Virus record (IMG/VR): IMGVR_UViG_3300030118_003426
Location: 1 to 35,343 of that record
DNA from: a virus
Taxonomy: Duplodnaviria; Caudoviricetes
Direction: 5' to 3' (one strand)
DNA: 35,343 nucleotides
Positions within the stretch are counted from its first letter, which is position 1, and each line of letters starts with the position of its first letter. Under the pieces are notes generated by a model. That model worked only from the letters and a program-made list of their open reading frames with translations. It was not told the origin of the DNA and made no database searches. A program made the position numbers and the translations under genes. This document shows, one piece after another, positions 34,036-35,343 of the stretch.

Positions 34036-34749
34036 CTAAGTATTAATTGTCCACCCCATTGCACTGTGGTTCTGGCAGTAGTAATAGAGCGTAGGGGCTC
34101 CTACTGCTACAGTTATTTGTGTGTAAGCACCACTTTGTCCAGGCACACCATTAAAGGTTACTCCGGTAGTATACTCAGATCCCCCTCCGTGCGTACCATT
34201 TGGTGTGGCACTAATTTTTAAAGGGTGGTTCTCATTTGTTGCATCACTTTGGTCAAAACGATATGTTTTGCCTTCTTCAACAGTAAGTGTAACATCAGCA
34301 GTGGCAGTAGATCCACCAATAGCAAATTTGTTAGTAGAACCAACATTATGGTAAGGGTGATTTGAAGGATTGCCTCCAACAACAGTCACAACAAAAGTTT
34401 GCGTTATTGTTAAGCCACTTGTAGTAACAGTTCCTACAGACATATTCAATTGTCTTCTTCTGTTCTGTTCATCAGGTGTAGATGGTGGTACTAAAGAATT
34501 TGGGTTTGGGTTAAAAAACAATGAAGGATTTAGATCAACTATTGTAGGCACAGGTTTTTGGGGTCGTGCATTGAATAAAGCAATTGCATCAGCTTTTATA
34601 TGCTTTCTTCTTATCTGTGGGTGTTTAGCCTCAAATTCTGATTTATGAACGAAAGACCCATTCCATTCTTTAACCATTTCAACATATGGAAACTCCATAC
34701 CTGACCTGTCTGATATAGCTTTTGAATTTTTACCTCTAGCATAAGCCAT
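34036..34749 (-). CDS. Structural-module protein with C-terminal cupredoxin-like domain
   Basis: N-terminal AISDRSG...KEWNG...KHPQ; C-terminal GKTYRFDQSD...NHPL...LYYYCQNHSAMG. Confidence 0.75.
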   Translation of the reverse strand: MAYARGKNSKAISDRSGMEFPYVEMVKEWNGSFVHKSEFEAKHPQIRRKHIKADAIALFNARPQKPVPTIVDLNPSLFFNPNPNSLVPPSTPDEQNRRRQLNMSVGTVTTSGLTITQTFVVTVVGGNPSNHPYHNVGSTNKFAIGGSTATADVTLTVEEGKTYRFDQSDATNENHPLKISATPNGTHGGGSEYTTGVTFNGVPGQSGAYTQITVAVGAPTLYYYCQNHSAMGWTINT

Positions 34750-35343
34750 TAAAACACACCTTTAAATTTTGTTCCTCTAATAGCAGCTTTACCACCTACA
34801 CTAAAACCTTTACTTTTTATTTTTTGTATATCTTCTTTTAAACCACCCGATTTTGCCATACCTAATTTCTGGTAAATATTTTGTGCATTTGTAGTGCTTT
34901 GTAACTGATTAGGTGAAGGCATATTTCTGTAAGAATGTCTTGTTTTCAATCTCTCTAATGCAGCAAACTGTCTGTCGTATTCTGGGTCACCTGCTCTTTG
35001 AGCTCTATTTACGTTAACTGTGTATGTTTCCGGTGATCCTTTCACATAATAATCACTAGGGTTATATGTTCCATAAGCTCCCGTATTTTGACCAGGTTTA
35101 CCATAAGCTGTTCGTCCTGCACCTTGACCAAAGGCTCCAGTACCAGCAGTTCTAAATTCTTTACTGTAGTCTGAGGGTAATTCATAAACAGGTGTTGATG
35201 GAGGTGGGGGTCTATATCCAGCAAGACCAGCACCTGAACTACCTCTCTCCAAAGTATAAGGTGTTCTTGTTTTTGTTTGCTTTTCAGTTATCGTTAAATT
35301 TTTCATTGCTTTTTCTGCTTCCTCTATCTCTTTTGATAAATCT
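34749..35343 (-). CDS. Low-complexity protein with xxGG motifs, probably 5'-truncated by the window edge
   Basis: The frame stays open upstream of the track's ATG to the window end (DLSKEIEEAEKAMKNL...). C-terminus MAKSGG...FSVGGKAAIRGTKFKGVF. Confidence 0.7.
   Translation of the reverse strand, partial: DLSKEIEEAEKAMKNLTITEKQTKTRTPYTLERGSSGAGLAGYRPPPPSTPVYELPSDYSKEFRTAGTGAFGQGAGRTAYGKPGQNTGAYGTYNPSDYYVKGSPETYTVNVNRAQRAGDPEYDRQFAALERLKTRHSYRNMPSPNQLQSTTNAQNIYQKLGMAKSGGLKEDIQKIKSKGFSVGGKAAIRGTKFKGVF

Larger units (their letters stand above)
1..35343. mobile_element. Fragment of a tailed dsDNA phage genome (podovirus-like, probably marine)
   Basis: Dense, overlapping, mostly co-oriented genes; phage-type PolA, primase and helicases; tail tubular, tail collar and ejection-type proteins; no host housekeeping genes. 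Confidence 0.96.

Noticed and set aside
286-35233. Many short plus-strand or alternate-frame ORFs in the track (e.g. 286-498, 2977-3309, 3667-4044, 17408-17764, 21666-22181, 32181-32453)
   Set aside because: They are shadows of well-supported genes, with no motifs or ribosome-binding sites.
1-35343. tRNA/ncRNA genes, intrinsic terminators and attachment sites
   Set aside because: None recognisable by eye and intergenic gaps are very short. A covariance-model search would be needed to exclude them.

Overview
This window is an AT-rich fragment of a tailed dsDNA bacteriophage genome, podovirus-like. Its gene content resembles marine alphaproteobacterial (pelagiphage/uvMED-like) phages; that assignment is from memory and has not been searched. 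Nearly all genes lie on the minus strand. From left to right: (i) a small-gene region with an edge-truncated sulfotransferase, a CxxCxGxG zinc-finger mini-protein, a ribbon-helix-helix regulator and a PAPS-reductase-family PP-loop protein; (ii) a replication module with family A DNA polymerase (Leu762 type), DUF3310, a DSBH oxygenase-like protein, UvrD-like helicase, AEP/PriCT primase, SSB-like protein, a plus-strand SNF2 helicase and a PD-(D/E)XK nuclease; (iii) a very basic repeat protein and two membrane proteins; (iv) four internal-virion/ejection proteins plus a GNAT-like protein; (v) a tail module with tubular proteins A and B, a fibre adaptor and three tandem tail-collar paralogues, interleaved with three glycosyltransferases and three 2OG-Fe(II) oxygenases; (vi) a structural protein fused to a cupredoxin-like domain. 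Capsid, portal, terminase, endolysin and integrase are not in the window. The most interesting signals are a shared xxGG peptide motif plus an EDTxLAx[LI]xxxE mini-domain across several virion proteins (a possible sorting/maturation system), an enzyme set that could chemically decorate the virion, the triplicated HxH-flanked fibre tips, and a sulfotransferase co-oriented with a PAPS-reductase-family gene. All family calls come from motifs read by eye.
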